The translations under genes were made by a program, and so were the position numbers. 64,000 bases of DNA from NCBI GenBank assembly GCA_000002435.2, contig CM018793.1. One strand, given 5' to 3'. Positions 28,711 through 40,900 of this stretch are shown piece by piece (position 1 is the stretch's first letter; each line of letters begins with the position of its first letter). The notes under the pieces are model-generated. The model did no database searches. It was not told the origin of the DNA and was given only the letters and a program-made list of their open reading frames with translations. The stretch comes from Giardia intestinalis. Taxonomy: Eukaryota.

Positions 28711-31700
28711 AGCGGCATTTTTGTTGAACCATTCAATGAAATCTGCCCATTCATGACACTCAGTGTAGTAGTAACTTCTACGGTAGCGAATGACGACTCC
28801 ATCGACAACAATATAAAGGCGGAGCTCTCGGACAGGGCCAGTTGGGAGGAGCTTGAAGAGGACGGTATAGGAATGGTTGCTCAGTTTCTCAATAAAGACG
28901 CGGTAGCCAGGTTTTGATGATTGAAGAAGCGTCTGTTTGGCTTGCTCCTTTGCAGGCTCGCCCTCCTCGTCTTTTCCGCTCACAAAGTAGCTGCTTCGCG
29001 CGATGGAGCGCAGAAAGTTATTAATCGGTCGGACAAAGTCTCGTATGATGCTCTCCAAAGAGTCAAAAACACGCTCGTTGGGAAAGGAAAGGGCCTCGTC
29101 GGGTAAGACCAGCTGCCTGATCACCAGTTTCTTGCTCACTGCCAGAGAGTTGCGTTGCCCGTTTGGAAGGAGAGGTTTGTAGCGCTCATCCTCCTGAATA
29201 GTGAAGTACATTAGCGACCTTGTGGTCTGCTGAGCCTCGGGGACACACATCACTAAGCGCAGCTTGTTGGGCCCGTTTCTGTGCGGTACAAAAATGAATG
29301 GTCGCTCGTCCACCTCTCGTTGAGCGTTCAGATACTCATATATCTTGCTCCCAAAGATATTCCTGAAATAAGGGTCGCTGATCTCTCTGCGAACGATGCT
29401 TGGGCGGAGGTCCTGCTGCTGTCGGTGAAGATGGTCTGCGTATCGCTGGGAGCCAATAAAAAGAAGGACAGGAATGTAAGTGAAGTAGTTCCAGTGGGCC
29501 TCCCTGCAGAGAAAGACAAGAGGCATGTGTGTCTCCACCGTTAGCCTGTCTAAGAACACTTGGTCAGCCCTTTCTAGTGGGTCAGAAATGTCACTGTACT
29601 CTGCCAAAATAGATGCCAGCTCAGTCCGGAGCTGCGGATGTCGGTCCTCGATAGTGCCGATATTGTTCAAGAAGTAACTCAGATAGTTAGCGAATAGCTC
29701 ATCAATCCTAAACGCGTTACTGAAAAAGCCTCTGTCGCCAAATAGCTCATTCAGCTGCGTCTGCAGGGCCTTGTTCAAAAGGTCCCGATACAAGCTCCCA
29801 ATAATGGTCCCGGACGACCCGGATAGAAGAGTGTACAGAGCAAGCCTAGTGAACGTTCTACACTGGGTTTGCCTCGTTTCGCCAGGATCAGATATGCCTA
29901 CGTCTGACAGTGCTCTGAGGAGATGCATTAGTGCCTCGCTGATGGAGACGGGTTTCTCCAAAAATGAGGCGAATTTCTTTGGCATCTTGTCGATTCTATT
30001 AAAGTACGTATTGGTTATAGAGGTGCTTAGCTTGCTGTACCTATAGCATTGTTCTGTACTCAAAATTGCATCCAGAAGACGAAGCTGTAGCTTATTCATG
30101 TGAAGCTGAGGAAGACAGTCCACTACCTTGACCTGCCTGTCAAACGCTGCGTCTTCGTCACGGGAGAGCGTGACCACAAGGGAAAGGACATTTTGATGAA
30201 GATCTATGCCAAAAAGGTAAGCATCAAACTCTGTTTCGATGGCACCCTCAGTTTCCAGTGTGGAAAGATCAGACAGCAAGGAAACCTGGCCTGTAAGACC
30301 TTCGTAACGGCTCACGCGCACCCGCTTCATCACAGAGTTGGTAATCCACTGAGCTGCAGGACAGAACACCTTGAATGCCCTATACCGCGAAAAAACTGCA
30401 GGGTTGGATTCCCCAGATAAAGATATGAAGATTATCTCCTTGCTGTACTCAATGAACGGCCGTCCCGCATCGATAAGCTCCATTGTGGGATAACGGAGCT
30501 GGTGATAGCGCGTTGCTTGGGTAATGACATCCAGTACTTGGGAGAGAACGGGCCGAATATTCTCGGCAGAGCACAGAAGATCCCGCAAAAGAGGATCTAT
30601 TGTCATAAGTTGGGAGCATAGGAAAATGAACCCCTCTGTGAAGTCCTTCTTCCCGCTACCAAGCTCATCACCGGAACTGCTTCTTGCAGTTCGATTGAGC
30701 CGCCCAACCAAGTACTTTACCAGCTCCTGCTGAAGAACGGATGCCGACCCTCCTGCGACAGAGGAGTGCTCCACGTAGTCGTCGCCAATGCTAGACACAT
30801 ACGTCTCTTTAAATCCCTTGTAAAAAGCCAGCAATAGGTTTTCAACAGGCTCTTCGTCACCAAGTTTGTCTAGTTCTCGGTCCATTCCTTTGTAGAGAGT
30901 ACAGATCTTTTTATAGTCATCGAGCTCCTCAAGATACAGTTGCAGCGCTTTGTTGTCCCCACTCTGCTTTATAGATAAATACCTGTAAAGCTCTTTGGCA
31001 AATAGAAGCCTAGACGGTTGAGGATTTAGATCCTTTAGTGGCACGCCCTCTGCTATGCTTGGCTGTATTCTTCCTAGCCAGTTTGGAGCCTCTTCCAAGG
31101 CAAGCTGATTGATCGAGCTGAAAAATTGGCGATGATTTTCTTCAGCCTTATTATGCAACTCGTTACGAAGACCGTCCAGCGCAGATCTTAAATCAGTGCC
31201 TCTGTTAAATAAAGGGTCAGCAATCAAACTACTACATGATGCCTTAAACAGCAGGCTTGTTAATATTAGTGCAAGGTTCCTAGCGGCACAATAGTCTGTC
31301 TGATACAAACCCATCTTGAGGGTCAAGTTGTGTAGAAAATCATCAAGCTTTTTGGAACCTTTAAACAAGCAAAACTTGAGGAAAAGACTAGCAACTAGTT
31401 GGGTCTCTTTACCAGATAGAGACACCATGTCATGATAGGTGAGCCCCATAAATTCCTTCAGCTCCAAACTGCTCAGGTAGTTAGTAAGGTTTTCAGGCCA
31501 GAAGATGGCATCTGAGTACAGAGTCTGCGGCTGGGTCCTTTCCGTCAAGCTTTCATTTGTGTAGCCATCCTCCTCATCCTGCACACTATTAGAAAATGCA
31601 TTGATGGAGACACTATGATAAAGCTGGGTGTAGTACAACTCCAACGAATTTTGTATCAGCATAGTACGATCGATAGCGTGTCGGTACCTGTTAAATGAAA

Positions 31701-34700
31701 AATCTTTAATTCGTGGCCCAATCCAACGTAGAAGCAGTGTAGTTACAATATTAGGATTCTCAGCAGTGTAGGCAGCAGAGTATGCTCCACCCGGGTAGCT
31801 CAATATCACGTCATGTGTGATCGAACACCCGTGGGCCAACGCGACGTTAACCAACTCGATGTATTTGCAGACTCTTTTCATGACATTCGTGGGGGTGTAC
31901 TTTGGATTGGTAAAGAAATCTATTAAGCTCTTCTTCATGTAAATCCGTGTCAGCTTAGTGAAGTAGACATTTGCTATAAGATACCGAGTAGCGTCTGCAG
32001 AAGGCGGCCTTTCAAATGGATCCTTAACCAATCCTATATCCTCAAGGTGTACAGAACTGGTCAACCCTGAAGGCAGGCTACTCTCATGTTTATCCACATA
32101 CTTCTTGTAAAGAGCGAGTTCTGGATTTATGAGCTGTATATTGCAGATATCCGCGACCGTGCAACTCGACCTTGCCAGCCCGACTAAGCCTTTGGCAACG
32201 TGCTCGATATTTTGAACGGCCTCCTGATATGTAAACGGGGTATCGTCCTCTATGCTTTTGAAACGATTAAACGCGTCATCTTGAAACTCCTTAGTGGAAA
32301 CGCAATATGTAATGACAAAATCCTCTAGAATTAGCTCTGCAATTATGTTAGCTAGAAACGCCTTATTTTTGAAAACCATCCCTAGTCTATGCTCATCGTT
32401 AGCTTTCTTCCCTGCAGAGAGTTCTGTGTCCATTTCACGTACACCTCTCCGCTTGCTAGAAGATTCGACGGTTATCCGCTCTCCGTGAATATTACACGAC
32501 GTAGCTGCCAGAATAGCCAGATATGACTGGCGAATCATCTTGAGGAGATCCCCATTAAAGTAATCCTCCAATGATTGTATGGTCTTCATGAGGGAGTCTT
32601 TGGTGGAGTCGTCGCTAGGAAGATCGGCTTTATGTAGGTCTGTTAATTTGTCAATATAAGCCTGCAACTCTTGCGCTTTTTCAAGCCCGCTGGCATACTT
32701 CTCGATATCACTGCTTAAAGCTAGAAAATTATCGTGGCGACGAGATATGAAAACTCTCTTGTACACTCTGAGAAGCTTCCGTGCAGAAAGCCACGGGAGA
32801 AAGGCTATCAGATGGGTATAGTGAGGAGATATAAACGGCAAGTTGATGTCTGGACGGCGTCTGTAGATGGCTAGTGAGAGTGCATAGTGGGCTATGAATG
32901 AAAAGCAGAGCTTAAACCTCGCATGGAAATCAGATGAGACGTTGATCGTGCGGACCTTATCACTGCTCTCAAGATTGGTTAAGGGAGCAAAGTCGGTCAT
33001 AAAATTAATCAGGGGGGCTGCTACCAAGTCTTCTATCGACCCACCCCCATTTGCAAGGCATGCATAAGCAGCGAGCGGGTCCAACAAATAGCGTCCTGCC
33101 CAGATGCCAAGGACAACGCTCTCGCCGTGGTAATGATCCTCTATTGCCCGGTAGTCTACCTTGGGGTGCACATACAATCCAGGGAGATACTGACCCCTAA
33201 AAAGCTCTGGTGGAAGCGCATCTTTTTGCAAACGTGCCCCGGTCTCATCCAACTGCAAACCATCAAGCGCAAGTCTAGTGGCAACACTATACATTTTAAC
33301 GTTACCAGTGGTGAGAGAAAGCTTCTGTCTACAGAGGCGAATCCGATCATGTGCCTGCGAGACGGGATAGAGATTCCAATGGAAGGGGCTGCTACTTATG
33401 ATGAGATTTGTAGACGTCTTAAGCATGCTGCTAATAACATTCAGCATTATGTCTCTTTGCCTTTGAAAGCTAAGTCGAGCCCCTTCTTCTCTGTGCGTAC
33501 CTCTAAGTATGAAACTGGGATCATGCATCATACGGAACTTCTTACTATATAACGACATTGGGACATCAGCAGGGATGCGTAGGAGATTGATTCTTGTTAT
33601 GTTGTAAGCTAATGGCTGTCTCTTAAAGAAGAGATCATCTATGAAGAGCGGATTTCCACTGATCAAAGCCTTCTCTAAACATGGGAACTCCACGTTTCTC
33701 CACTGATCTACTTGAAAATTGGATCCGGAGGCATCGTTCGCCTCTTTTCTTAAAAGACTTGCCTCAATGTATTTTGGTAGTGGAAGGTTGAGATACTGAA
33801 GTGTGGCCTCCAAGTTTCGATACGTTGAGTCACTAGTAAACCCGCGGGATAAGACCCCAACCGCACAAACGCCGGAAGAAATAATGTAGTCGTGAAGCCT
33901 AGCTTCGTCCAGGATGCGTTGAAACTCTGATTGGCGAGAAGAGTAGACCTGCAATGCAGGCTCCAGAACCTTGAAGAGCTTTTCACGGGGACAGCTGACA
34001 AGGGAGGCGAAGATGGGATCCAAGGATCTGACAAGCGCTCTGTACTCGTTCCGGACCTGCTCGCACGCTTTTTCAGTGCGCAGAGGGTTGGGGAGCTGCT
34101 CATGATACTGTGAAAGAATCAAGTGGGATACGTACCGGCCGTAGCGGTCTAACACGACAAAGGTGGTGCAGTCGTGTCCAACTCCTGCTACGGATAAACC
34201 CAGGTGCTTGTCGTCTCTAGATATCTTTGACTTGTTCACAGAAACAATCCTATGGGGTATGCATATCATAATTCGGAAGTGTTTGCACGCTCCTACAAAA
34301 CTCGGAGATTTGTTGCGTGTAGAGTCGATGTCAAACGGAGTTTTATTTTCATTATAAAGCGGAACCAGGTTTGGCTTTTCACGTCGCTCCTTATCTGTTT
34401 GGCTCATGGTTGGCTTTTGCAAGCGGAGAGGATTATATTCTGGGGTGGAAAAGCGGATGCTCAACGAGTGAAGCGCCTGCGTTTCTAGAGCCTCTATTGC
34501 ATGACTATGTAGGACCTTTATGAGATTCTCCTGGGCTCGGAAAAGAATCTTTGACACAATATCGTCTAAAAATGTATTACAGTTATCGTACCAGCATTGG
34601 AAATTGTCGGCGACAATCTCGTGCAGATCACTGATCTGATGACCACTCCGTTCTTCCAGTCTACGTTGTGTCAATTCCAGAAGGCTATCAAATGATGAGA

Positions 34701-37700
34701 AGTCATGCAACCGGTCTAGATGGTCAAAGAAGCACCCATATGGAAAAATAAAGGCTGAAACGGCCTCTTTTAGCTCCCCAAACTTGCACACGTCGAGAAC
34801 CTTAGGGCACACAACTAGAGGATGCTTCGTCTTAGCTATTGAAAACTCTATCCTCGGAGTCACTTTGTTTGAGGCAGGAATACCCTCGTGAGACGAAGCA
34901 CGCTTGGAGCACTCATAGATCTCGTTAATATATATAAATGCAACGCGATTGAATCCCTGTGCGTAGTACTTGCTGAATAAATACAGAGGTGCTTCATGGA
35001 TGTAGCACACACTGGAGAATATATCATCTACATTAACTACATAGGATGCTTCGCTAAATAGAGACTTGTATGCAACTGGATCCTCCGTAAATTCTGACAC
35101 AAGCCCTTGACTTGGGACATTTCTGCGCTGAGAGACATCTGCCGGCAACTCGACTGAGATAGCCCCGAACTTGAGCAAGAACATCATTGTCATGTATTCT
35201 ACGATCGGATTTGACTCCAGATAACTTTGCAAATACACCTTAACGTTTTCGAAGAATTTAAACTTCATCTCTTCTGGGGTAACACCAAGGTATTCATCGT
35301 CTTGCGAATAGTATCTGGATCTGTGAGTGACCAGTTTATATAAGTGCGGAAATTCTTCGGGCTGCTCCCCTTCTATTGCTCTTTTATAGATAGTATAGAT
35401 CTTGGAGATGGGCATCTCGGCCGCCTTCTGCGCATAGATAATTTGGATTTTATCCAGAAGCCGCTTTCTAAACAGTTCTGGGCTTTCTGTATAACCTAAA
35501 CAGCTCTCCAGTCCTGGCGGGACGTAGTTTTCATCATCTATCATACTTGCTTGCTCGTCTGGAGAGAGATCCGTATAGAAGGTGACTTCTCTATCCTTAA
35601 TTTGGTAGAACTCCATGAGAGTACGAGCAAATAGCTCGTCAGTCATGGTGTCAATATACTTGGCCAGCAAAGTATCCACTGAGATGGAGCCAAAGTAGTA
35701 GATGAAAAACGGTACTGGATAGGTGTTGTGCTCTGTGGCTGCTGAAGCAAGCACGATATTATATACTAGGTCATTGACAGACGAAGACGCGGCAACGGTA
35801 GAAGTAGAAGTATTAGGGAGAGTCTTTCCTAGAAACTCGTGAAAAAGAGCGGATGCTGTCTCTGATATTGGCAGAGAGCATTTATTAAAAGAAAACGGTG
35901 CCAAGAAGGTTGAAACGACATAGTTGAGAACACGGATACGTTCAGAGATCGAACGATAGGTGAGCAATCCTATGTATTCAATCATGTCATGACTATCAGC
36001 AAGTAGGGTATCCATGGATGCAAAATCAATGGGCGCATCCTGCTGTATTTGAAGTTTGAAGCTGGCACATATACCAGCTAGTTTCCTAATGCATCTTCCG
36101 ATGTGATCTGCAGCCAGAATGTCTGTGCTGTTCTTTACCCACTCCTCCAGTGTTTCTGGAATGAAGAGGTGACCCATGTAGTCAGCAGCCTTCTTGTAGA
36201 GTGACGCGGTCTTAAGGCCGTGGACGTCCAGTTCATCAAGCGTGTTGAGCGTAGCAGATAGTAGGTCCCTGATTGTAGCGTCTTTGAAAGAAGTATTATC
36301 TAATAGCATGGGCCCAATATGCTCGCGAATGGAGACATCAGAAGAGGTACTTCTACACAGTCGTTCATGTATAACACATACATTGTGCAACTTCGTCACC
36401 AAGAAAGACGCGGCAGCCTGTTGAATTCGATAGACAGTCAGATCAAATGCAAAGCCCACCAGCTCACGCTTATGTGTTACTTCGTAGTCCTTGGGGATTA
36501 GCGCGTGCTTATTAATCCCTCCGTTTGAGGATGGCCTATACATGTCACTGAACATCGTAGGGGTGTCGGTAGCAAGCACAACCGACCCTACAAGGTCCGT
36601 CATTGCTGAACTATACATGTTCGCTTCAGTAGCAACAACGGCTGCGCTTACCCCCTTGGTAAACTTCTCGATAGCAAAGAAGACAAATTTGATCGAATGG
36701 AGGAGGCGAACGTTGTAATTAAGGATCTCTTCTACCTCAGCACATATGTCCTTCTGTGCGCGCTTCAGTGTGTCGTTAATAGCGATGTCTTGACGTTCTC
36801 CATAGGAGCGGTCCAGTAGGTGATTCCCACTATCTGTGCCGAGATAGATCATGTCAGCAGCCAAAAATACCTCGTATTTAGATGTGATTGTCTCCATCTT
36901 CTGTTCTACCTGAAGGCTCTTGGCAAGCATGATGGCAACATCAGCACACGTGCCTGAGGAAAGATGACTATCTGAGGGATACTCCGAAGATGCACTGAGT
37001 ATGATCTGCTCAGAATTCACGGCAAGAGTCCCGATATCTTCTATAACATCCTGGATATCTAACTTAAGCTTAGCAAACAAGTCCATGTTCTGCAGATCTG
37101 CATTCAGAGTCCTAGTATTTTCAATTTCAATTATTATATGCAAGAGCTCCTCTAGGTGTCGCGTTGTGCCTTTCAGAGTAGTCAAAATTCGAATGAAAGA
37201 AGCAGAGGAAATGTGAAAGACATGGTTCATCTGCTCTGCTACAGCTGCAATGTCACGAGGCACGACTCTGGTTAAGGAGATGGTTGGTATAGCGCGAAAA
37301 TCAGTACAGCTGTCCACGAACTTCGCCACAAACTGGGCAAAAGGCTTAATCGCTAGGACATACGGTTGCGTCTCACCTAGGACAGAGCGGTCTAGAAAAG
37401 ACGCCTCAAAAGCAGAGGGCACAAAGATATCATAGAGAACGGCCACGGTGATCTCGTGAAGCAGACTGTCCTGGTCCACATGGTTTGGAAGATGGCGGCA
37501 TATTTCCAGAAAGAGATGCTGTACAAGCTGTGTCTCATTGATGAACATCGAGGAAAACCTTCGGCCGATGTTACTAACCTGGAACTCATCTAGGGCGCTT
37601 AGCTTCTGTAAAATCTTGCCTTTCTTCCGTGAGGTCTCGCCTCCTGCCTTGCTCCTTACCTTATGGCGCTTGACGACACTTTCCTTAAAGTTCTTAGAAG

Positions 37701-37833
37701 CAAAATAGTTTTCTAGGGCGTTGTCTCCAAAAAGATCCTCCATTGGATCATCGTCAGTCTCGGACGATTCATCCACGTCGTCTTCAGTGTTAACAAAGCT
37801 ATAGTCTTCGGACTCGTGAGACTCGTCGGACAT
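28699..37833 (-). CDS. Giant hypothetical protein (3044 aa) with an acidic N-terminus.
   Basis: An uninterrupted 9.1 kb ORF with an ATG start. I did not spot a P-loop, kinase or HECT motif. The composition is helical/leucine-rich. Confidence 0.75.
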   Translation of the reverse strand: MSDESHESEDYSFVNTEDDVDESSETDDDPMEDLFGDNALENYFASKNFKESVVKRHKVRSKAGGETSRKKGKILQKLSALDEFQVSNIGRRFSSMFINETQLVQHLFLEICRHLPNHVDQDSLLHEITVAVLYDIFVPSAFEASFLDRSVLGETQPYVLAIKPFAQFVAKFVDSCTDFRAIPTISLTRVVPRDIAAVAEQMNHVFHISSASFIRILTTLKGTTRHLEELLHIIIEIENTRTLNADLQNMDLFAKLKLDIQDVIEDIGTLAVNSEQIILSASSEYPSDSHLSSGTCADVAIMLAKSLQVEQKMETITSKYEVFLAADMIYLGTDSGNHLLDRSYGERQDIAINDTLKRAQKDICAEVEEILNYNVRLLHSIKFVFFAIEKFTKGVSAAVVATEANMYSSAMTDLVGSVVLATDTPTMFSDMYRPSSNGGINKHALIPKDYEVTHKRELVGFAFDLTVYRIQQAAASFLVTKLHNVCVIHERLCRSTSSDVSIREHIGPMLLDNTSFKDATIRDLLSATLNTLDELDVHGLKTASLYKKAADYMGHLFIPETLEEWVKNSTDILAADHIGRCIRKLAGICASFKLQIQQDAPIDFASMDTLLADSHDMIEYIGLLTYRSISERIRVLNYVVSTFLAPFSFNKCSLPISETASALFHEFLGKTLPNTSTSTVAASSSVNDLVYNIVLASAATEHNTYPVPFFIYYFGSISVDTLLAKYIDTMTDELFARTLMEFYQIKDREVTFYTDLSPDEQASMIDDENYVPPGLESCLGYTESPELFRKRLLDKIQIIYAQKAAEMPISKIYTIYKRAIEGEQPEEFPHLYKLVTHRSRYYSQDDEYLGVTPEEMKFKFFENVKVYLQSYLESNPIVEYMTMMFLLKFGAISVELPADVSQRRNVPSQGLVSEFTEDPVAYKSLFSEASYVVNVDDIFSSVCYIHEAPLYLFSKYYAQGFNRVAFIYINEIYECSKRASSHEGIPASNKVTPRIEFSIAKTKHPLVVCPKVLDVCKFGELKEAVSAFIFPYGCFFDHLDRLHDFSSFDSLLELTQRRLEERSGHQISDLHEIVADNFQCWYDNCNTFLDDIVSKILFRAQENLIKVLHSHAIEALETQALHSLSIRFSTPEYNPLRLQKPTMSQTDKERREKPNLVPLYNENKTPFDIDSTRNKSPSFVGACKHFRIMICIPHRIVSVNKSKISRDDKHLGLSVAGVGHDCTTFVVLDRYGRYVSHLILSQYHEQLPNPLRTEKACEQVRNEYRALVRSLDPIFASLVSCPREKLFKVLEPALQVYSSRQSEFQRILDEARLHDYIISSGVCAVGVLSRGFTSDSTYRNLEATLQYLNLPLPKYIEASLLRKEANDASGSNFQVDQWRNVEFPCLEKALISGNPLFIDDLFFKRQPLAYNITRINLLRIPADVPMSLYSKKFRMMHDPSFILRGTHREEGARLSFQRQRDIMLNVISSMLKTSTNLIISSSPFHWNLYPVSQAHDRIRLCRQKLSLTTGNVKMYSVATRLALDGLQLDETGARLQKDALPPELFRGQYLPGLYVHPKVDYRAIEDHYHGESVVLGIWAGRYLLDPLAAYACLANGGGSIEDLVAAPLINFMTDFAPLTNLESSDKVRTINVSSDFHARFKLCFSFIAHYALSLAIYRRRPDINLPFISPHYTHLIAFLPWLSARKLLRVYKRVFISRRHDNFLALSSDIEKYASGLEKAQELQAYIDKLTDLHKADLPSDDSTKDSLMKTIQSLEDYFNGDLLKMIRQSYLAILAATSCNIHGERITVESSSKRRGVREMDTELSAGKKANDEHRLGMVFKNKAFLANIIAELILEDFVITYCVSTKEFQDDAFNRFKSIEDDTPFTYQEAVQNIEHVAKGLVGLARSSCTVADICNIQLINPELALYKKYVDKHESSLPSGLTSSVHLEDIGLVKDPFERPPSADATRYLIANVYFTKLTRIYMKKSLIDFFTNPKYTPTNVMKRVCKYIELVNVALAHGCSITHDVILSYPGGAYSAAYTAENPNIVTTLLLRWIGPRIKDFSFNRYRHAIDRTMLIQNSLELYYTQLYHSVSINAFSNSVQDEEDGYTNESLTERTQPQTLYSDAIFWPENLTNYLSSLELKEFMGLTYHDMVSLSGKETQLVASLFLKFCLFKGSKKLDDFLHNLTLKMGLYQTDYCAARNLALILTSLLFKASCSSLIADPLFNRGTDLRSALDGLRNELHNKAEENHRQFFSSINQLALEEAPNWLGRIQPSIAEGVPLKDLNPQPSRLLFAKELYRYLSIKQSGDNKALQLYLEELDDYKKICTLYKGMDRELDKLGDEEPVENLLLAFYKGFKETYVSSIGDDYVEHSSVAGGSASVLQQELVKYLVGRLNRTARSSSGDELGSGKKDFTEGFIFLCSQLMTIDPLLRDLLCSAENIRPVLSQVLDVITQATRYHQLRYPTMELIDAGRPFIEYSKEIIFISLSGESNPAVFSRYRAFKVFCPAAQWITNSVMKRVRVSRYEGLTGQVSLLSDLSTLETEGAIETEFDAYLFGIDLHQNVLSLVVTLSRDEDAAFDRQVKVVDCLPQLHMNKLQLRLLDAILSTEQCYRYSKLSTSITNTYFNRIDKMPKKFASFLEKPVSISEALMHLLRALSDVGISDPGETRQTQCRTFTRLALYTLLSGSSGTIIGSLYRDLLNKALQTQLNELFGDRGFFSNAFRIDELFANYLSYFLNNIGTIEDRHPQLRTELASILAEYSDISDPLERADQVFLDRLTVETHMPLVFLCREAHWNYFTYIPVLLFIGSQRYADHLHRQQQDLRPSIVRREISDPYFRNIFGSKIYEYLNAQREVDERPFIFVPHRNGPNKLRLVMCVPEAQQTTRSLMYFTIQEDERYKPLLPNGQRNSLAVSKKLVIRQLVLPDEALSFPNERVFDSLESIIRDFVRPINNFLRSIARSSYFVSGKDEEGEPAKEQAKQTLLQSSKPGYRVFIEKLSNHSYTVLFKLLPTGPVRELRLYIVVDGVVIRYRRSYYYTECHEWADFIEWFNKNAALLR

Positions 37834-37900
37834 ATCTCTCTACACCTAGAGCACCTTCTGGCAACTTTTTTTTCAATCGCTCGGGCCAGTTGAACTTCTT

Positions 37901-40900
37901 ATGAGCTTTCAGCTCCACGTCTCCCCTGGGCCTTCCCAGCAGTTGCTGCACCAGGGGATAGTTGTCAAGTACTCTGGGTCCACCTCTGTGGCAGCGCAGA
38001 AGAGTCCAGTACTCTCCGACAATTTGAATGCCTGCACGGCTTCAGCCTTATCGAAACAGATTGCAAAAGTAGGAACTCTCAGTTCTCATAAAGTCATAGA
38101 CATATCTCTTTGTGATGACGCGGCATATGTTCTACTCTCCACCGGACAGCGCCTGAAGCTAGCCGTTACTCCTCCTGAGGACCAAGCCGCCACTTCCCTT
38201 TTTACCTCCGCTCCTGTCGAAGACTTTGTAGCCTGGCCAGCCCTGTCCTTTCCGGGGCCAGAGTATCTTGCATGCCAGACGCGAGTCGTAGTCGTATACA
38301 ACTTTCTATTCAGGCCCTCAAATGTATCTACCAATGTTTTGGCAGAACAGCCAGATAATGCTGCTGGCGAGGGTTCGCAAAAGCACCTTTTTTCGTATGT
38401 AGCGCTTATTTTCAGCAATCCACAATTTCTACCAATGAACAGATTGCTTCTCGACGGTAACTTTCTAATTACTAACTGTGCATTTGATGAAAGCACAGTT
38501 ATAGTATCTCTTCTTTCCGGTCATATTCTATTTATAGATCGTACACAGCAACTCCAAAAGCACAATGTAATTGACTCCAGCAACTATAGCTATTACGGTT
38601 TAATTTCCTATGCTTCTCTTGCTTCGCAATTAATGAGTGACTTCCAGTCAGCCTTTTCAGGCAATTTCTCTTTCCGTGAAGCGATCCGCCTTCTATCTAT
38701 CTCCCCCTCCAAACACGTTCCATTCATTGCATTTCGTGGTTGTGACTTTATCCTTGCCATGCCACTAGGATGTATTTTCATATTTACAAGGCATAGACTA
38801 CATGACGGTGGCTCTAGTCGCCTAGTTCTTTCTCACGCCACAGTGACTCTTCCATTTGTGCGCCATGACCTCCCTAACAAGAGCTTCAAGATAACGCACT
38901 ATGCGGCAAGCCGAGTTTCTTTCTTCCTGCCGGTCAGTGATACCATACTGATCGTTGGCTATGATAATTCTGTGATTCAATATTACTGCTGGGATGTTGA
39001 TGGAATGGCACATCCATTAGATGGTGTGGATCTTTCTGCGGGAAGGATAACCCATATTCACGCTGGCTTGATGCTTTTATCAGACTCCAGGGACTCGGCG
39101 TCCAGTTCGAGCACCTCTGGGCTTACACACCCAACACAACCATCTAACATGGTTCCCGTTAAGGTGCTTATTGTAGCGACCATTGGCTCGTCGCTTTTCT
39201 TTGTTGTCCAATGCTTTCCCAAAATGGCGCTTATTACCACCATTTCTGCTCCAGAAAGATTTATCGACTCTGGAAAAATCTGTTCGCCTACTAATCAGCA
39301 GTTTTCCCCTATACTTATTTACACTGCAATTGATGGGTCGCTACGATATACCCACTTCCCGAACGGGTATCTATTCCGATCCGGTCTTTATGAATCCGGT
39401 GAAACTGCTCAGCATCACGAGCGGCCAGACAAGACAGTTCAAAAGATTACTTCACTCCTTAAAAATGTCACCTGTCAATATGAGAGCGATGAGTCTGCAT
39501 CTGAACTTAATGTACTTAATGATAGATCTAAGGCCGCCATTCCTGCGTTTCTACTTAGTTCTAGTGAACACGAAGCTTCTTCGCACTCGACAGAAGAACA
39601 CAATAGGCCAAAACGATCCATTTTGGACATAGGTAATATAAAGACTGAGCCCACTGGCTCTTCCCACCGTAGAAAACGGCCCCGAAAGTTAACCAGCATT
39701 GGTGCACGCTCCAGTCTTTGGACTCCGTCAGTTCACAATAAAGTGTTAGCTCTGGGTGAGCCAGCCGAACCTGAACTGCTGCAATCGATAGAATCGCTTA
39801 GTATTTCACCATTCGATAATAAGTCTACATCTCCCCATGTAGCGCCAACATTTCAGCTTGCATGTAGACCCTTTGAACAAGTCAGTGTTCAGCTCGGTAC
39901 TGAGCCGCTTCTGGTGGAGCTCCAGGGACTATATTCGCTTCTAGGGACAATACACCGAAGGAAGTTAGAGACGGGAGAACGGGTGTCCTATGATGATAGT
40001 TCTTTGACCAGACTTAGCATTATCCGCAACACCCACGATCTGATCAAAAGGACAGCACTTATGACACAACGAGTTACAATCTCAGAATACCAGAAGTCTA
40101 TCTCCCCCTCTATAAACATTCATAAGCTGTTGATGTCACCAGAAAATCTCACGCGCGCAACAGAGCTACTCGCTAGAAACGACCAGATTTTTCGTTCATC
40201 CAGAAACAGAATTCTGCCTCACGTTCGAAATGCATATCTCCACCTCAAGTATGCTGATAGAGTAACTGGAAAGGCGAAAAAGAGGCCAAGTAGCCCTTTC
40301 CGCTTGGCAAGACCCTTGGCCAATCAATTTGCCCCACTAACTAAAACTGGCTCCCTGACCTCCACCATATTCTCTGGTCCACGAAGATCCTTGAGTTTAA
40401 AACCATATGGAAGTCATCGTGGTGTGCACGGTCACCTTAGTGCTGAACGTGTCCTGAAGCACAAGGGGAGTCATGCGTTTCGGTATCTCCCTATCCTAGC
40501 CCGGGATCTTATGCTCGATAATGTCTATCCTGTTCTTATGGAGCCAGAATACATTTCACGAAGTGCATGGTCTCCCTCGCTTAAACCCCGTGAAGGACCA
40601 CATCACCTAACTAGTATTATAATGAGATCAAGAAGCAGGCAAACAGAGCTAATCACTCACAGACATACGGATAACTTCATTGGTGTACTCCGCAGCAAAG
40701 TGCTTGAGAAACCGGTAGAAGGAACTCTCAATAGAGTCAAACACAAGGAGAAGGAAAGGGCCCGCCCCAAAATAGTAGTTAACAGATATGAGCATATCAA
40801 AGTGATAGACAAAGAGTTATTGAAGGACCTTCGCCGCTTCAAGGCGCTCAGGCTTGGCCGTGACTTAGGAGGTAGAATTCTTCGAGACAAGGCAGTTCTT